Below, one piece after another: positions 51,645-64,000 of a stretch of DNA of 64,000 nt. The notes below the pieces were generated by a model that saw only the letters and a list, made by a program, of their open reading frames with translations, did not search any database and was not told the origin of the DNA. Position 1 is the first letter of the stretch, and the number at the start of each line of letters is the position of its first letter. The stretch is from Octopus sinensis (Eukaryota). The translations under genes were made by a program, and so were the position numbers. The stretch covers positions 1 to 64,000 of the forward strand of contig NW_021833288.1 in assembly GCF_006345805.1 (NCBI RefSeq), given 5' to 3'.

Positions 51645-53950
51645 ACACAGATGGAGATTGGCAACGTTTAGTTATCAAAAAACCTTGCTGAAAAAAGAGC
51701 TAATTTATTAAGTGATGAACATAGTGGAACTTTATCAATAAGATAATATTGTCTTCAATTTTTAAAAAGATTTATTGAAAAAAGCAAAAATTTAATCGTT
51801 CCTGATTTTTGTTGTAATTGTATTGTCATATACAGTGAAACCTCTCGAATCCGCTGCTTCTCGAATCCGCCGCTTCTCGAATCCGCTTGTTTTAATCAAA
51901 AATTTGAAATTTCCTATGAATGATTCTTGAATCCGCTTGTTTCTCGAATCCGCTCCTCAAGTATTATGAAAAATAATTTTTTTATCTAATTGTAATAGAC
52001 TTTCTATCAACGAAAAAATTTCTATACTACGTTATATTTCTGACAACCCATTCGTTTCTGCACCTCAAATTTCCAGGATTGTTTCTTCACGGTTAAAAAA
52101 GAAAATTTCTCCGAGAACTATAAACGACCTTAAATCAAAATCGGACCTTTTGAATAGGACTGACATCAAAAAATTAAACATAACGAGAATTCCAAAACTC
52201 AAATTTAATGAAATTGATGTAGCGATGATAACATGGATTAACTTAATGGAATTCTAGTGGAGCAATTCTATCAGATTCGATGTTAATTGCAAAAGCTCTA
52301 AGTTTGGAAAAAATTTTCCAGAATTTAAAGCAAGTCGTGGGTGGCTAGAAAAGTTTAAATTACGAAATGGTATCAAGTTAAGAATTTCACGGAGACAGTG
52401 GATCAGTAATCATGATGCAAAATCTATTACTGATTTTAATGAAACAATGAGTTTAAAAATTGAACAATATGGATTGGACAATGTTTATAATGCAGATGAA
52501 ACTGGTGTTTTTTACAAGGCGATTCCTTCCAAGTGTGTGTACCAATCACGGCCTGGAATAAAGTTGTCGAAGGATCGATTTTTGTTACTATTATGCGCAA
52601 TTTGTTCTGGTTTTGTTTCCGATAAAAGAAGGCCGTTATGATAGGAGATTCAAAGTCCAGGGGTTGTTAAAAAAAATTCAACATTGGGAAAATGGTTACC
52701 TACACCCATTCCAATAAGGCATGGATGAACCGTGAATTTTTAACAAGTGGCTCAGTGATTTTGATGTGAACTTGCAAAGAAAAAAAAAGAAAATCTACTT
52801 GTAATATTATCATGTCCATTTATCAATATTTAATAATTATACTAGGAACAATTATTGAAGAGGAATCAAATGAGAAAAATTGATCTCTCAGAAGCCTTCA
52901 AGCTCTAGAGAAATTATTAAAACTTATGCTTTTCAGTTTTACAATTTAGATATAGATATCATTAAAATATTTTCGAATTGGGGAAATGTTAAGAAAATCA
53001 ATTAAAAAATAAATTCTGATTTTTTTTGAATAAACTAATTTTATGTATCATTCATTTGTAATATAAAAAAGAATACTTAATCTATATTGTGTTTCATATT
53101 TCAACTATCAAATATTTTAATTTGCCTCTCGAACCGCCGATTTCTTGAATCCGCCGATTTTTTGGTCGGTCCCAAAATCGGCGGATTCGAGAAGTTTTAC
53201 TGTACAAGGAAAAGTACCGCCGGCATTAGCTTTTAAAACACATGAAATTTTAATAAATGATTTTTTTCCAGTCTCTGAAATTTATTAACGCTTTTCGATT
53301 AAGTTTGAAGCTATTATGAAATGGTATAGTTGCGAATGTTTTCCATTAGTGATCATTTTAAGGTTTTCAAGGGAATGAAGTTTGTTTAGTTTTATAAATT
53401 GTTTATTTTTTTGTTTAGAAACAACAATTTCAGCGTACAAAACGTAAATTATGCCGACTGATATTTAATTCCCGCTACTTTTCAGTTTTTGTTATCTCAA
53501 AGGCATAATCTAGAAAAGATCAATGTGGAGTACTCTTCTCTAGTGGAGTACTTTCGAGCTAAACTCGCCCTTACGAAAAAACCCGTGCCTGTAAACCTTG
53601 AAAGACTTTAAAGCAATCAGGCACTTCACTAAGAAGAATGTTTCTAGAATATTCTTAAAGAAAAAAGAATAGTGAATATTGAAGAAGTGAATCAGTTTAA
53701 TGTCAAGTTACAATACTTAACAGGCATGTTTCAGCAGATTGCCCGAATTGTATCAAAACAAGAAGAACAAATCAATCGTTTGTGTCATGTGATTGACCGG
53801 AAATAGAATTGACAAGAATTTAGAAGAGACGGAGAACTATGTAGAACAGGGATATTGGATGTTGAATAAGTATTTAAATTTTATCTCAAAAAGTCAGTAA
53901 CTGTTCTTCAAGATTATTTTATGTATATGTTTATTTCTGACTTAGTGAAA
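51645..53950 (+). pseudogene. STX5: Decayed syntaxin-5-like gene, copy 2, interrupted by a Tigger element
   Basis: Same SNARE-motif remnant and same stops as 36670-37605. Confidence 0.6.
51833..53202 (+). mobile_element. pogo/Tigger-like element present only in copy 2
   Basis: TIRs CAGTGAAACCTCTCGAATCCGC / GCGGATTCGAGAAGTTTTACTG with TA duplication. Motifs FKASRGWLEKFK, VYNADETG, NKAWM. Empty site CATATACAAG at 36851-36860. Confidence 0.95.
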
Positions 53951-54290
53951 TAAACAAATTTAATATTAAATAATAATTTTTAATTTGTGAAGCTGTTAAT
54001 GGATTATCGCATCGCTTTGGAGTCATCAACGTGTAAAAATCTAATTATTCGATTTAGATTTAACGTTCTATTTGAAATAATGTTTCTAAAGTTATTTTGG
54101 TGAAGTTGGTCATGGTTGCTTGGACATGTTCCTTTGACCGCTCCTATGAGTACCCATGAAGCTCAGTTCTCGGGCTACTTTTCCTATCTTAGCATTCCAA
54201 TATATGTAAAGTAGATAGCTCGTGGATATTTCCCTAAGAGTTGTGGACAGTGAACTGTAAAAGCCATTCAGTTTCATTGGATTTTTAGAT

Positions 54291-55207
54291 CAGGGATGTA
54301 TACTCATTTCGCTTCGAAGGCCGCATTTTAAAATAATTTCCCTGTAAGGGCCGAATTTATAACAATTTTTCATTTTAATGAAAACTAAAAATAAAGAAAT
54401 TTAAATATGTAATCGAAATCTTTTAATCGTGCTTAGAGCTACTTCCAAATGATTGACATTTTTTTCCGATACAATTTTTGATATATCGGGCTCAATTATT
54501 CGTATAGTCCCGACTTCAACTAGAGCCGATAAATTTTCATCTGGTGGCGTGTTCTACTAACAATTTTTGTTCAATTTTTGTTTCATATACTAACAATTTC
54601 ATATTTTGTTAATTTCATACAATTTTTGTTAATTTCATATAATTAAAAAAATTGGCGTCATGAAGATGCGTAAAGAAAGAAAGTTTTCTAACTTCATCTA
54701 ATAATCCTATGATCTATGATTGGAATTTTAATTCCTTTTTAATTATATTCTTTGGTATAGCGATTAACTGGTTACATTTCAAACACTATTTTTGCATCAA
54801 TTGTAGTACAAAAATAAGTTACCATTTTTATGAAACACTCTTTTCATTCTTCAATAGTTTTATTAGTCTAACATGAAAAAGATCCGAGGAATTAGCACTT
54901 AGAGGACTTGAAAACAGGAACCACGTAAATTTCAACTCCAGTTTTGCTCTGGGAGATTTTTCTTAGCATCTTTAACGAATTCGTGTCAATACTCTGCCCA
55001 TGCAGGTCCTCCAGCGGATTGCTGAGCTCCAGCCCGAATGCCAATTTGATGCCAAATCGTCTGGTTTTTTTTGAGTTTGTCAATTAAACAACCCCTTTTG
55101 TCTGTTTGATACCAGTCTCTCAATCCATATATCAGTAGAGGCTAAATTAATCTACTAAACATTACTGTTGCACATGAGGCTTGCGAGCCCCGTGTTTGAC
55201 ACCTTTG
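54291..55207 (-). mobile_element. Old non-autonomous hAT element, copy 2
   Basis: Duplicate of 37948-38869. Confidence 0.75.
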
Positions 55208-55631
55208 TTTTAGACGCTTTTGGAGATGTAGATGAATATACATGTATAATTGTAGATTTAGATCCAACTTCCAGTTGAATTACACAAACTTTGTCATTTA
55301 CTTTTCATATTCTTTTGATATATTTCCTTAGTTTAATATCCACAGAAATGCTCATCCCGTAGAGATGGCAGTCCAATAAAAGCAGAATAAGGTCGTGGGC
55401 AGCATTTTTTTAGTTAAGTCCTTATTGACTTTGATCTGTTGGAGGAAAAAATGTTCAGGTTTGGAAAAGTGACCTCCTTTTCACCGAAATGTTGAAAAAG
55501 TTCAGCGTAAACAGAGAGTTTGAAAAAGTAAAAAAACATTTAAATCATAATATTTCTTTGATTAAAATCATATTTTTATTTATAATTTATAGATTAAATA
55601 AATTTGTAAATAAAATAATGTATTCACCGTT

Positions 55632-56661
55632 ATGTATTTGATTGGATCATTGTGGGAACTCATATACAAGGTCGCAAGCTATGCATTTTCTATTTTTAAT
55701 CGAACCTGGAGGTATTTAACATGGCCGTCGGTACTAGAATTATGCTCAAAACCTATGAGTGGACTCGTTTTATCTCAACTCGGTAAAATGAATCAATAAA
55801 TAATCGCTAGAAATACAGATCAGCAATAACAATTTATTTATTTAATAAATTCTGAGGATTGTTCAGAACAAATTATTGAATCGGCAATTTCTGATTTCTG
55901 TTTACAACTGCAGATTAATCATGTTCAGAATAAACGGTTTGTTTTATTGATATTTCAAATTAATAAAAATAGAGCCTTAAGTATGCTGGAATATTACATT
56001 AAATTCATTTCCAAATATAATAAATTGTCAAATTTGATTTTGAACAAGACCAAAAAATGTGTCAATTCCTTAGATGAATCAGATTACAAGATTTTATCAA
56101 AGGTGTAAACTGATATCAAAATTTTAGATATTTGTTATTTTAATTGGAAGGGATCCTGAAGGTCCGGACTCCTCTGATTGGGAAATGATAGGTTTCCAGG
56201 GTCGCAATCCAATGACCGACTTTAGAGGAATGGGCACACTTGGTTTAGAATGTTTCGAGTTTTATTTATTATTTTATAAAATAGTCATTTTGTTTCTTTT
56301 TACGAGGACGATGCCAGGAAACTACTTTTCAACTCTCAAGATAATGTTATTGGGTATCAAATTAAATTTTTAATGCTATTTAGACTTCCTTTGGCCATTT
56401 TCTTGATAAATGTAGTCAATTTGAATTATCAAATGTTTATTGATGGTACTTTCAAGGGGTATTATTTACCGAATATGGAAAAACTGGATATAAATTTATT
56501 TTATGATACGTGCTGTGAGGTTTCATTATTCACTTTTAGGTATAATGTTCATGGAAGTATCCGAAGCATGGATAAACAGCAACCCTGAAAGTTTTATGGA
56601 TTTTGTTCAATTTTTAACAAGTTTTTCTGATGCGAAAAAATCAGCTCTAGCCAAGATATAG
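55632..56661 (+). CDS. ELMOD: ELMO-domain protein, copy 2
   Basis: Near-identical to 39297-40326, frame intact. Confidence 0.88.
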
Positions 56662-57207
56662 TTTATTTAATAAGATTTGGTTTTAAATATTATTTTAAAT
56701 TTCCAATATTTATTAGACTCATTTAGCTCAAAAATTCAATATTTAACACTTACCAATTAAATCTTTTTCTACTTGGTTTGGGTTCACATGATCAGTAAGT
56801 TTTCAAGAATATGCCAAATTTCCTGATAACTTTGATTAAAACGAATGCAGAAGAAATAAGTATTTTGACAATTTGTGTCTATATAAAGACTTCTTATTAT
56901 AAATTAACGTTTTTAGTTACTAATAACTAATTAATCTGTATAATTCTCCTCCTTTTTGAACCGCTGCACTGGATCTGCGTATTCTCCTCCTCTAACACTT
57001 CATATGACACATGAGACACATCTTCCGGCTTTGTGTCTATATAGATAATTAATTATTTGAACTTATTTGTGTGCACAACCTTCTTTTTTAGGGATTAAAG
57101 AAACCAGAATAGGTAATTTATAGAAACAATAGAATAAAAATACATAAGTAAATAATTAAAAAAATTGGCGTCAATTACATAAAAATATGGATAGAAAAGT
57201 TCAAATT

Positions 57208-59914
57208 TCAATCAGGTTCATCCTAAAAATATCAAAATATAATAAAACATTTTCATTAACACCCGAAAAAGTAGACCTTCTCTTTGAACTTTGACAACAA
57301 AGTTCGACCAAAAAATCAATATGCTTTCTACAAAAGAATTTTTTATTTGAATCCTTCACAAGCCGCCCGTCAAAATGATAATTGCAATATGAAGTCGTGC
57401 ACAACGAACAGCAAAATGAAGCTCGAACACCACAGATGTCACAGAAATGCCAAGGACATAACCAAATTCCTTGACGATTCTCTGATTTCATTTTAACACA
57501 TCGATTATGATATCGCCCTCCACACTCATAACAGGCAGTGTAATTATTTGTGGCAGGTATTTTACACTTAAAACAAATTCGTTCATTTTTCTTCGTTTTC
57601 TTAACATCGTTATTTGTTCCTTTATCAGGCAGACCGAGAGAACCCGTGCATTTATCTGAACCGCAGTTACACACCAGCCGATCAGTGCCAATATATTTAA
57701 AATTATAATTAAAAGTTAGTTCAGTATCTAAAAATAAAAAACATGTATTTACAAACTGGCTGGAATGTCTTTCAAAGCAAAAAACCCGACTCGATATTCT
57801 CCGTGGACATTCCAGATTTGAGTAGTCAAATTAGGATCGCAACTATGATTTATAAATCTGGATAGATTTCCTTTGTATTTAGCATCAATAACACTATTTC
57901 ATATTTTTATTAATCAACCGGTTTTTTCCAATGTCCATAAAATAGAAATTCTTATCGTCGATTATGTGAAGATGCTTAAGACGCTTATTCACCTCTTCTT
58001 CGTTTATAATTTCCCCCACATATTCGTTAATAAACTCCCCCTTTGATAATATTATAAAGAAAAACTTTTTTTAAATCTTCTTTTACTCTCAGTCCAAACC
58101 CAGTACTGGTCGTTCGGAAACACTCTTGTTTGGGGTAGCGACGACGAGTAAACTGCTGATTCTTACATTTTTTGCCATTTGGACACAACAATGGATGGCA
58201 TTCGTACATGAGATAGCGATTAAAGCATTTCTCTGTGGAGCATAACTCTTCCTCCGTACAATCACACTGAGGCAATTTAGAAATATTTATCTTGGTAGGC
58301 TTGACACTCCCAAAATATTTATTTGTCTATAATCACAGAGTAAATGTATTTAAATACTTTAATTTTTTCAAAGTTTAGAGTAGTTGATTCTCTAAAGTAA
58401 TTCACATCAATGTTGTTTCGCCACTCTGTCCATTCAGCAGCGGCATTTTCGGCGATAGAAATTGCTAAGAAATTAAATAATGTAAATACCTTCCAAATAT
58501 TTAATATCTAAGGTGTTTCGACCCAATTTTACATTCATGTCATCCCCGATATGAAATTTAAAAACTCTAAAAATTACCAAAAAATGTTTAAACGTTGATT
58601 TATTAGCCCAGGCATATGTTTTGTCAGCAAAAAACATAACAATAAACTCCCCTCGTTTATGTTTACTTTGGGCAGTATTTACAGGTATCAACTCGGGGAT
58701 GCAAATTTCAGCTGGCCACCACCTAATAATAAGTAAATTACATTAACTAACCGATAACTCCCGAGCTTCATCCATACAATATCGCCATATAACGGCCGCA
58801 CTCCAGATATGCAATCATTACATCGCCACTGTTCACTCTGATACGGTTCTTGCTTCATGTTGAGGCACTTCATATGGAAGGATGCAGAACAAGTGTCACA
58901 GCACAGGATCTTTCCTCCTAAAAATTTATATTCCCAAATCACCTTCCGAACAGATGAAACAAAAGCTAATGTTCTGTTTAACAGATTTCAAATGGTCAGG
59001 GCAAATAATATACTCGCTAGAAAATAAACTAGACCCAGCAGGAAGACAATAATAGCTTCCATGGTATGTATTTGGACACATTAAACAGGATATAAGTTTC
59101 ACTAATTCTACTAAAAAATAATAAAACTTTTTGAATGTTCCTTGGGATTCTGACGGCGTAGAGCAAAACAAGTGACACAGTAATGCCTTGGACAGTAAAA
59201 TGTCTTGTGTCGACCATTACATGCATCTCCTCTGAACACAGTTAAGCAATTTGAGTCATAGTGAAGATTGCAACCTGAATAACCACACATTCTAAGACAA
59301 ATATTATTCTTCCTACAGCTAAAACATGCTTCTTTATTGATAGCTAAATCATAAAATAACAGAACCCCACATTTAACGTAGTATAGGCATCCTTCGCAGT
59401 AGTAATGACTTTTATACAAAACAAGACATTTAGAATGAAACATTTTTTTGCATTGCCCCTCACATGCTTGAAACTTTGATTGGTTTACAGAATCTTCGAT
59501 CAATTTTTTGTCACATTCATAACAATATTCTTGAAGTTCAGATTCCACATTTTTCAGTTTAGTTAAATCTCCAATTGTTGATTTTATGTGTGTAAATTGT
59601 AGTCTACGTTCAACTTGCTTGTCACAGCTTTGGACTAGCTTTTCGATTTTTTTCTAAATTGGAGTTTATTTTAGATTTCAACCTCAAGACTGGATATTGA
59701 AAAACTACTTACACTATCTTTATCTACTAATTCTGACGATGGTGAAGTAGAAAAAGCAGAATCCGAAGCTGGACGTTGTTTTCCCAATAAATGTTCTATT
59801 TAAAAAGTGGATTAATCGGGAAAAAAGAATTTGGATTGCAATTATCAAAATTTAATTTAGTAGTATAAGATTTTTAAAATGTACAAATTGATACTAACCA
59901 GGTACAACATCCAT
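57208..59914 (-). CDS. NSD: NSD/Mes-4-type histone H3K36 methyltransferase, copy 2 (intact)
   Basis: PHD fingers ([20 protein letters not shown]), PWWP ([12 protein letters not shown]|WWPAEI), AWS ([12 protein letters not shown]), SET ([23 protein letters not shown]), post-SET (CNCGSDKC), PHD-C5HCH. Start MDVVP|E and last exon DEPD* are inferred. Confidence 0.88.
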
Positions 59915-62440
59915 TACTTTATATCGAGAATAATTAAAATTTAATAATCATATTTATTATTTAAAATTTTTAAATGATATTAAAGTTTAATATTGATATT
60001 TTAACTTTTTATGAGGAAAATTCATAAATAGCGGCTAACTCCATAGTATAACAAATGCATTCCCATCCTCGATTACAGATGATTGTCCGAACAGTGCATA
60101 TTTCAAAATTTTTCATAATAACCAAAGAGCTAAGGAGTCAAAATTACGCAATAAAATAAAAAATCAATATTATATTGAGCGTGATAGGGAATTACGCGAT
60201 GTCATGCGCTATAAGAAACCATATGCAACATAATAGGTTCGTACTTCCGAGATCTTTTTCCATTTTAATTGATTCAGAACAATTACAAGCAAAGTGTCAT
60301 TTTTGAGTGTACGTTGAATAAATTTACATTCAATGAACATTTTTTTGAATAAATTGACTAATCCCATTTTTATCAAATGAAACATTTCGCTTGTCGATAA
60401 GGAGCACAAAGAGAAACATTTTTCTTGAAAGATTCACCGATAGCAATGCGTTCTCATTTGTCATTGAATAAACATAATTGTTAGAAAAGTGTAAGTTAAA
60501 GCCAGATTCATTGAAGAAAATAATTTACTGATTTTTTCTGAGCATCATATCAGATGCTTATTTCCTTTTTTATGTACATCATAAAGGGTTATCGAAAATC
60601 TTCTTAAACCCTTTTTGGTTAGACCACCTTCTTTTGCAAAAAACTCATTCTTTGTTTTTAGATACTAATTTTTTTCTTAAGAAGGTTTTTCGCAGCTTTA
60701 AGTTTTTATTTGATTAAAGAGATTTTCGCCAACTTGATATTTTTGATCTAAATGATTTTTGTCCATTTCTATTATGTACGTAATTTTGGAACTGAATTTA
60801 ATAAAAGAACCAGTTATTTAAAAAAAATAAACTTTTAAAAAGAAAAATATTTTTAAAAAATTCAATTTTACTTGCGAACTAGTTTAAAAACTGCTCATTT
60901 TATTATGGGAACTGTACACCGAACATTTTCTTATGAAGGCCAAATTTCTTATAAATATCAAGAAAGTATGATTGAATAAATAAAAATGCATGGCCTTGTT
61001 AAAGAATTTTGTGGATTATAAATGACGAAGTGGTGTTTATTAAGTTTCGTATTTCTACACTATCGAAAAGTTATCATAAAATCTAAAAAAATAACACTTT
61101 ATGAAGAATAATACGCAAGCTTTTTGAATAAATAAGATTTCTTCTCATTTTTTGGCAAATAAACTGTTACCCGTAAGTCCTGAAATATTTCCTAGTATTC
61201 AATAAGGAAGCTGACTCCTCTGAACATCTCAGTTCTTTTCTTTTATCAATGAACTATTAGTTGCTCTGACAATTCGATTGTTATAGTTTTCAAGTTTTCA
61301 GTCATGGTCTCTAACGTTTTAATGTATCAAAATTATTTGAATGTAAAAAATCTGGTATGCCGGGTTATTACAAACTTTACAAAATTTTAATATCGGAAAG
61401 ACAGCCTTAGTTTTGATGAAAAGTTTCCTCTCGGACAGAATCGTTAAGATGTATAATGAACTCTATTACACTTTGACGCGTTCAATTATTGAACAACTTA
61501 TAAAAGATTGCGAAATTTGGTGTGCTATTGAAAGTCAACCCTCTCTATAACAGCGTTTCCCGAAGTGGGTGCCGTGGAACCTTAATATGCCACAGACAAG
61601 TGCTAGGAATGACGCGAAAAATTCGAAAAATTATTTTATTATTCAAGTAAATTTACTTTAAATCGTCTGATTGAATTACTCGAGGAACCTTTATGTATTT
61701 GTGAGTCAGCAAAATCGCCAGTTACATAATATTTTTTGATAAAAAGTTTTTTCGTGATAGAAAAAGTTTGGGAAACCCTTTTCTATAGTGAACAAAACGT
61801 TCATGTCAGAACATCATGTTTACAATTCTCTATAGCGAAGAAAAAAATGAGCAAGGAATCAAAATAACAATAAACAAAATTAAAGTATAATTACAACGAT
61901 TATTTAGAGATTTCATTCATGTAATCGGTGATTTTTTGAGAATGATTAGTTTGATAATTTCTTAAAATTTTTTGTAATTTCGTATATTTTTCTTCTTTCT
62001 TTATAATCATTCTCAAGAAACCATAATTCAAGCGCCATTGCATACTCACTAGCTTCATATAGAGTCGGAAAATAATTTTATTCATCTTCCTCTTCAACTT
62101 GGTCTTGCTATTTTGTTTTCCTCTAAAAGTTCGGTATAAAGTTTTTGTCGTCAATTTGGAGGTCTATTTTGATCGGCACAAACGAATTTCTCTCTGTGTC
62201 ATATAGTGTCGGAACATTAATTTTTTCCTCTTGAATTTTGTCTTGGTGTTTTAGTTTTCTCAAGAAGTTCTGTTTTCGTCATCAATCTGACGATGCAAAA
62301 TGGATTTTTAAATAAAGATCTTGCGTGGGAATTGCCATTCCATCTTATCCTCTGCTGCTAATTAAATACTAAATAAAAGATTCTTTTTTTTTCTTTAAAT
62401 AATTTATTACAAGAGAATTTAAAAGATTTTAAACATGTAT

Positions 62441-64000
62441 TCGGTCAGTGTAACTAATCCCAAAAGTTCCGTAAGGTGTTTAGCAAGATTATAGGGCGTA
62501 GATTTTCGACAGCCCAGCCTGCTTGTTAGGCTTTGGATCGGTATTAATAATCCGGAATCAAGACCGAGGAATTCCTTTTCATAAACATACCATTGAGTAG
62601 CTCCGCCAGTTGTCTGTAGTGCAGGAGGCGGTCCGTATTTAAACAGTTCTGAATTTATCCATCCGGTCCAGAGGAGCGGCCATTTTTAAGTTTGGCTATT
62701 GCAGTTGATACTTCACCGGTGGTGATAGGTAGGCTGAGATGAGTGGTGTATCCGCTGGTGTAATCGGATTTCTCCGTGAGCGGTTAATATACTCTCGAAA
62801 TACGAGGCTATATATTCAGCCTGCTCTTTGGGATTTGTGATGAATCTTCCATTGCTGTCATGGATTTTGAGTTTGTTAGTTTGTTTTTTCCTGTTGAGTA
62901 GGCGGATTGCCGTAAACATTTTTGAAGAGTCCTTTAGAGCTGTTCAATTCCTGCAGCTATTAAGTCGAGTTTGTTAGTGAAGTTTGTCTTTCAAATTTTG
63001 ATTTTTTTCTGGGTAGATGAACGTCTATTCTGTAAGATTTGTTTCTCTCTTCGGATCAGATGTGTTTTCCAGTTGATTTAGGACAGGAAGATCCACCGCC
63101 GATGCTGTCTGGGCCCACAAGTGGTACTGCGCTATCACCCAGAGATACAAAAGTGCAACAACAGTCCTGGGAATAGACCTGTCTAGGGCCTTTGACACGG
63201 TACGCCGTGGTCTACTCCTCAAAATACTGGAACAATTCCTGGACCCTGACTCTGTCAATATGATAAGAGTACTACTATCGAACACAAAGCTCAAGGTGCG
63301 GGTCGGCACGGCGTTTTCCCGTGAATTCACGTGCAACGTCGGTACCCCTCAGGGAGACGCCCTCTCGCCGTTGCTATTCGTGATCTATCTGGAGACGGCA
63401 CTACGAGACCTTCGAAAATTCTATGCTGGCAATATCGTCGAAATTGTATATGCAGATGACGTCGACTTCGTGTCAGACGACAAATCGGCCTTACTTCGAC
63501 TCCTTGAAGTGGCACCTGCTGAGCTGAACAGATGGTTCCTTAAAATGAACGTTGGAAAAACCGACATCGTTGAAATCATGAGGATGGAGAGCAGCTCAAG
63601 TGAAGCCTGGCGCAAAACGAACAAACTCGGTTCTCTACTTGGGGACGGCCATGATATTGTCAGAAGAAAGGCTCTCGCTTGGGCCACGATGAACAAGATA
63701 AAGAAAGAGTGGATCGGCAAACGACGACTCTGTACGTCACTTCGTCTGAGGATGTATGAAGCCTTTGTCAAACAATCCTGACATATAATTCGGCGACCTG
63801 GGGAATGTCTAGTACTGAACAACGTGGACTCGATTCTTTTCACCGCAGGCAACTTAGATCCCTACTGGGATTGAGAACTGGCCTATAAGAATCAACCAGG
63901 AATCGCTATACAATAGATGCAGAAATGGCCTCTGAGTGTGGAAATCGTCATATGCGGTGGAGGTTCTTTGGCCATATTCTACGAATGGACATGCTTGCCC
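62441..64000 (+). mobile_element. RTE-like LINE with inverted 5' segment, runs off the right edge
   Basis: 62441 to ~63024 encodes the RT N-terminal part on the minus strand (APGPDG, RPIILLNTLR). From ~63025 the plus strand continues FRTGRSTAD, IDLSRAFDT, GTPQGDALSP, YADD, FFGHILRM. Absent at the equivalent site 48025. Confidence 0.88.

Larger units (their letters stand above)
48536..62440. repeat. Copy 2 of the tandem segmental duplication (then interrupted by a LINE)
   Basis: Colinear with 33518-48025: ALG10, LINE remnant, STX5 remnant, hAT, ELMOD, NSD. Confidence 0.92.

Overview
AT-rich eukaryotic, probably animal, nuclear DNA with extremely short spliceosomal introns (mostly 23-31 nt, degenerate GT/GC donors). 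This architecture is known from dicyemid mesozoans and possibly other reduced parasites; the taxon is an inference. Host genes reconstructed by hand: acetyl-CoA carboxylase (~39 mini-introns), TEX2-like, eIF2B-beta-like, SNRNP40, GAPDH, ALG10, ELMOD, an NSD/Mes-4 histone methyltransferase and a decayed syntaxin-5-like gene. Intergenic DNA is mostly transposon remains: hAT/Buster, pogo/Tigger, Merlin, Tc1, MULE-like and several non-LTR clades. From 33518 onward a ~15 kb block is present twice in tandem (33518-48535 and 48536 to the window end). The two copies differ by three clean insertions: a CRE-like retrotransposon with a 12-bp TSD, a Tigger at a TA, and an RTE-like LINE with a twin-priming-type 5' inversion. 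The most unusual signal is that several DNA-transposon transposases (Merlin, two hATs) are themselves interrupted by host-type 24-33 nt mini-introns. All splice sites and counts are manual and need RNA-seq confirmation.
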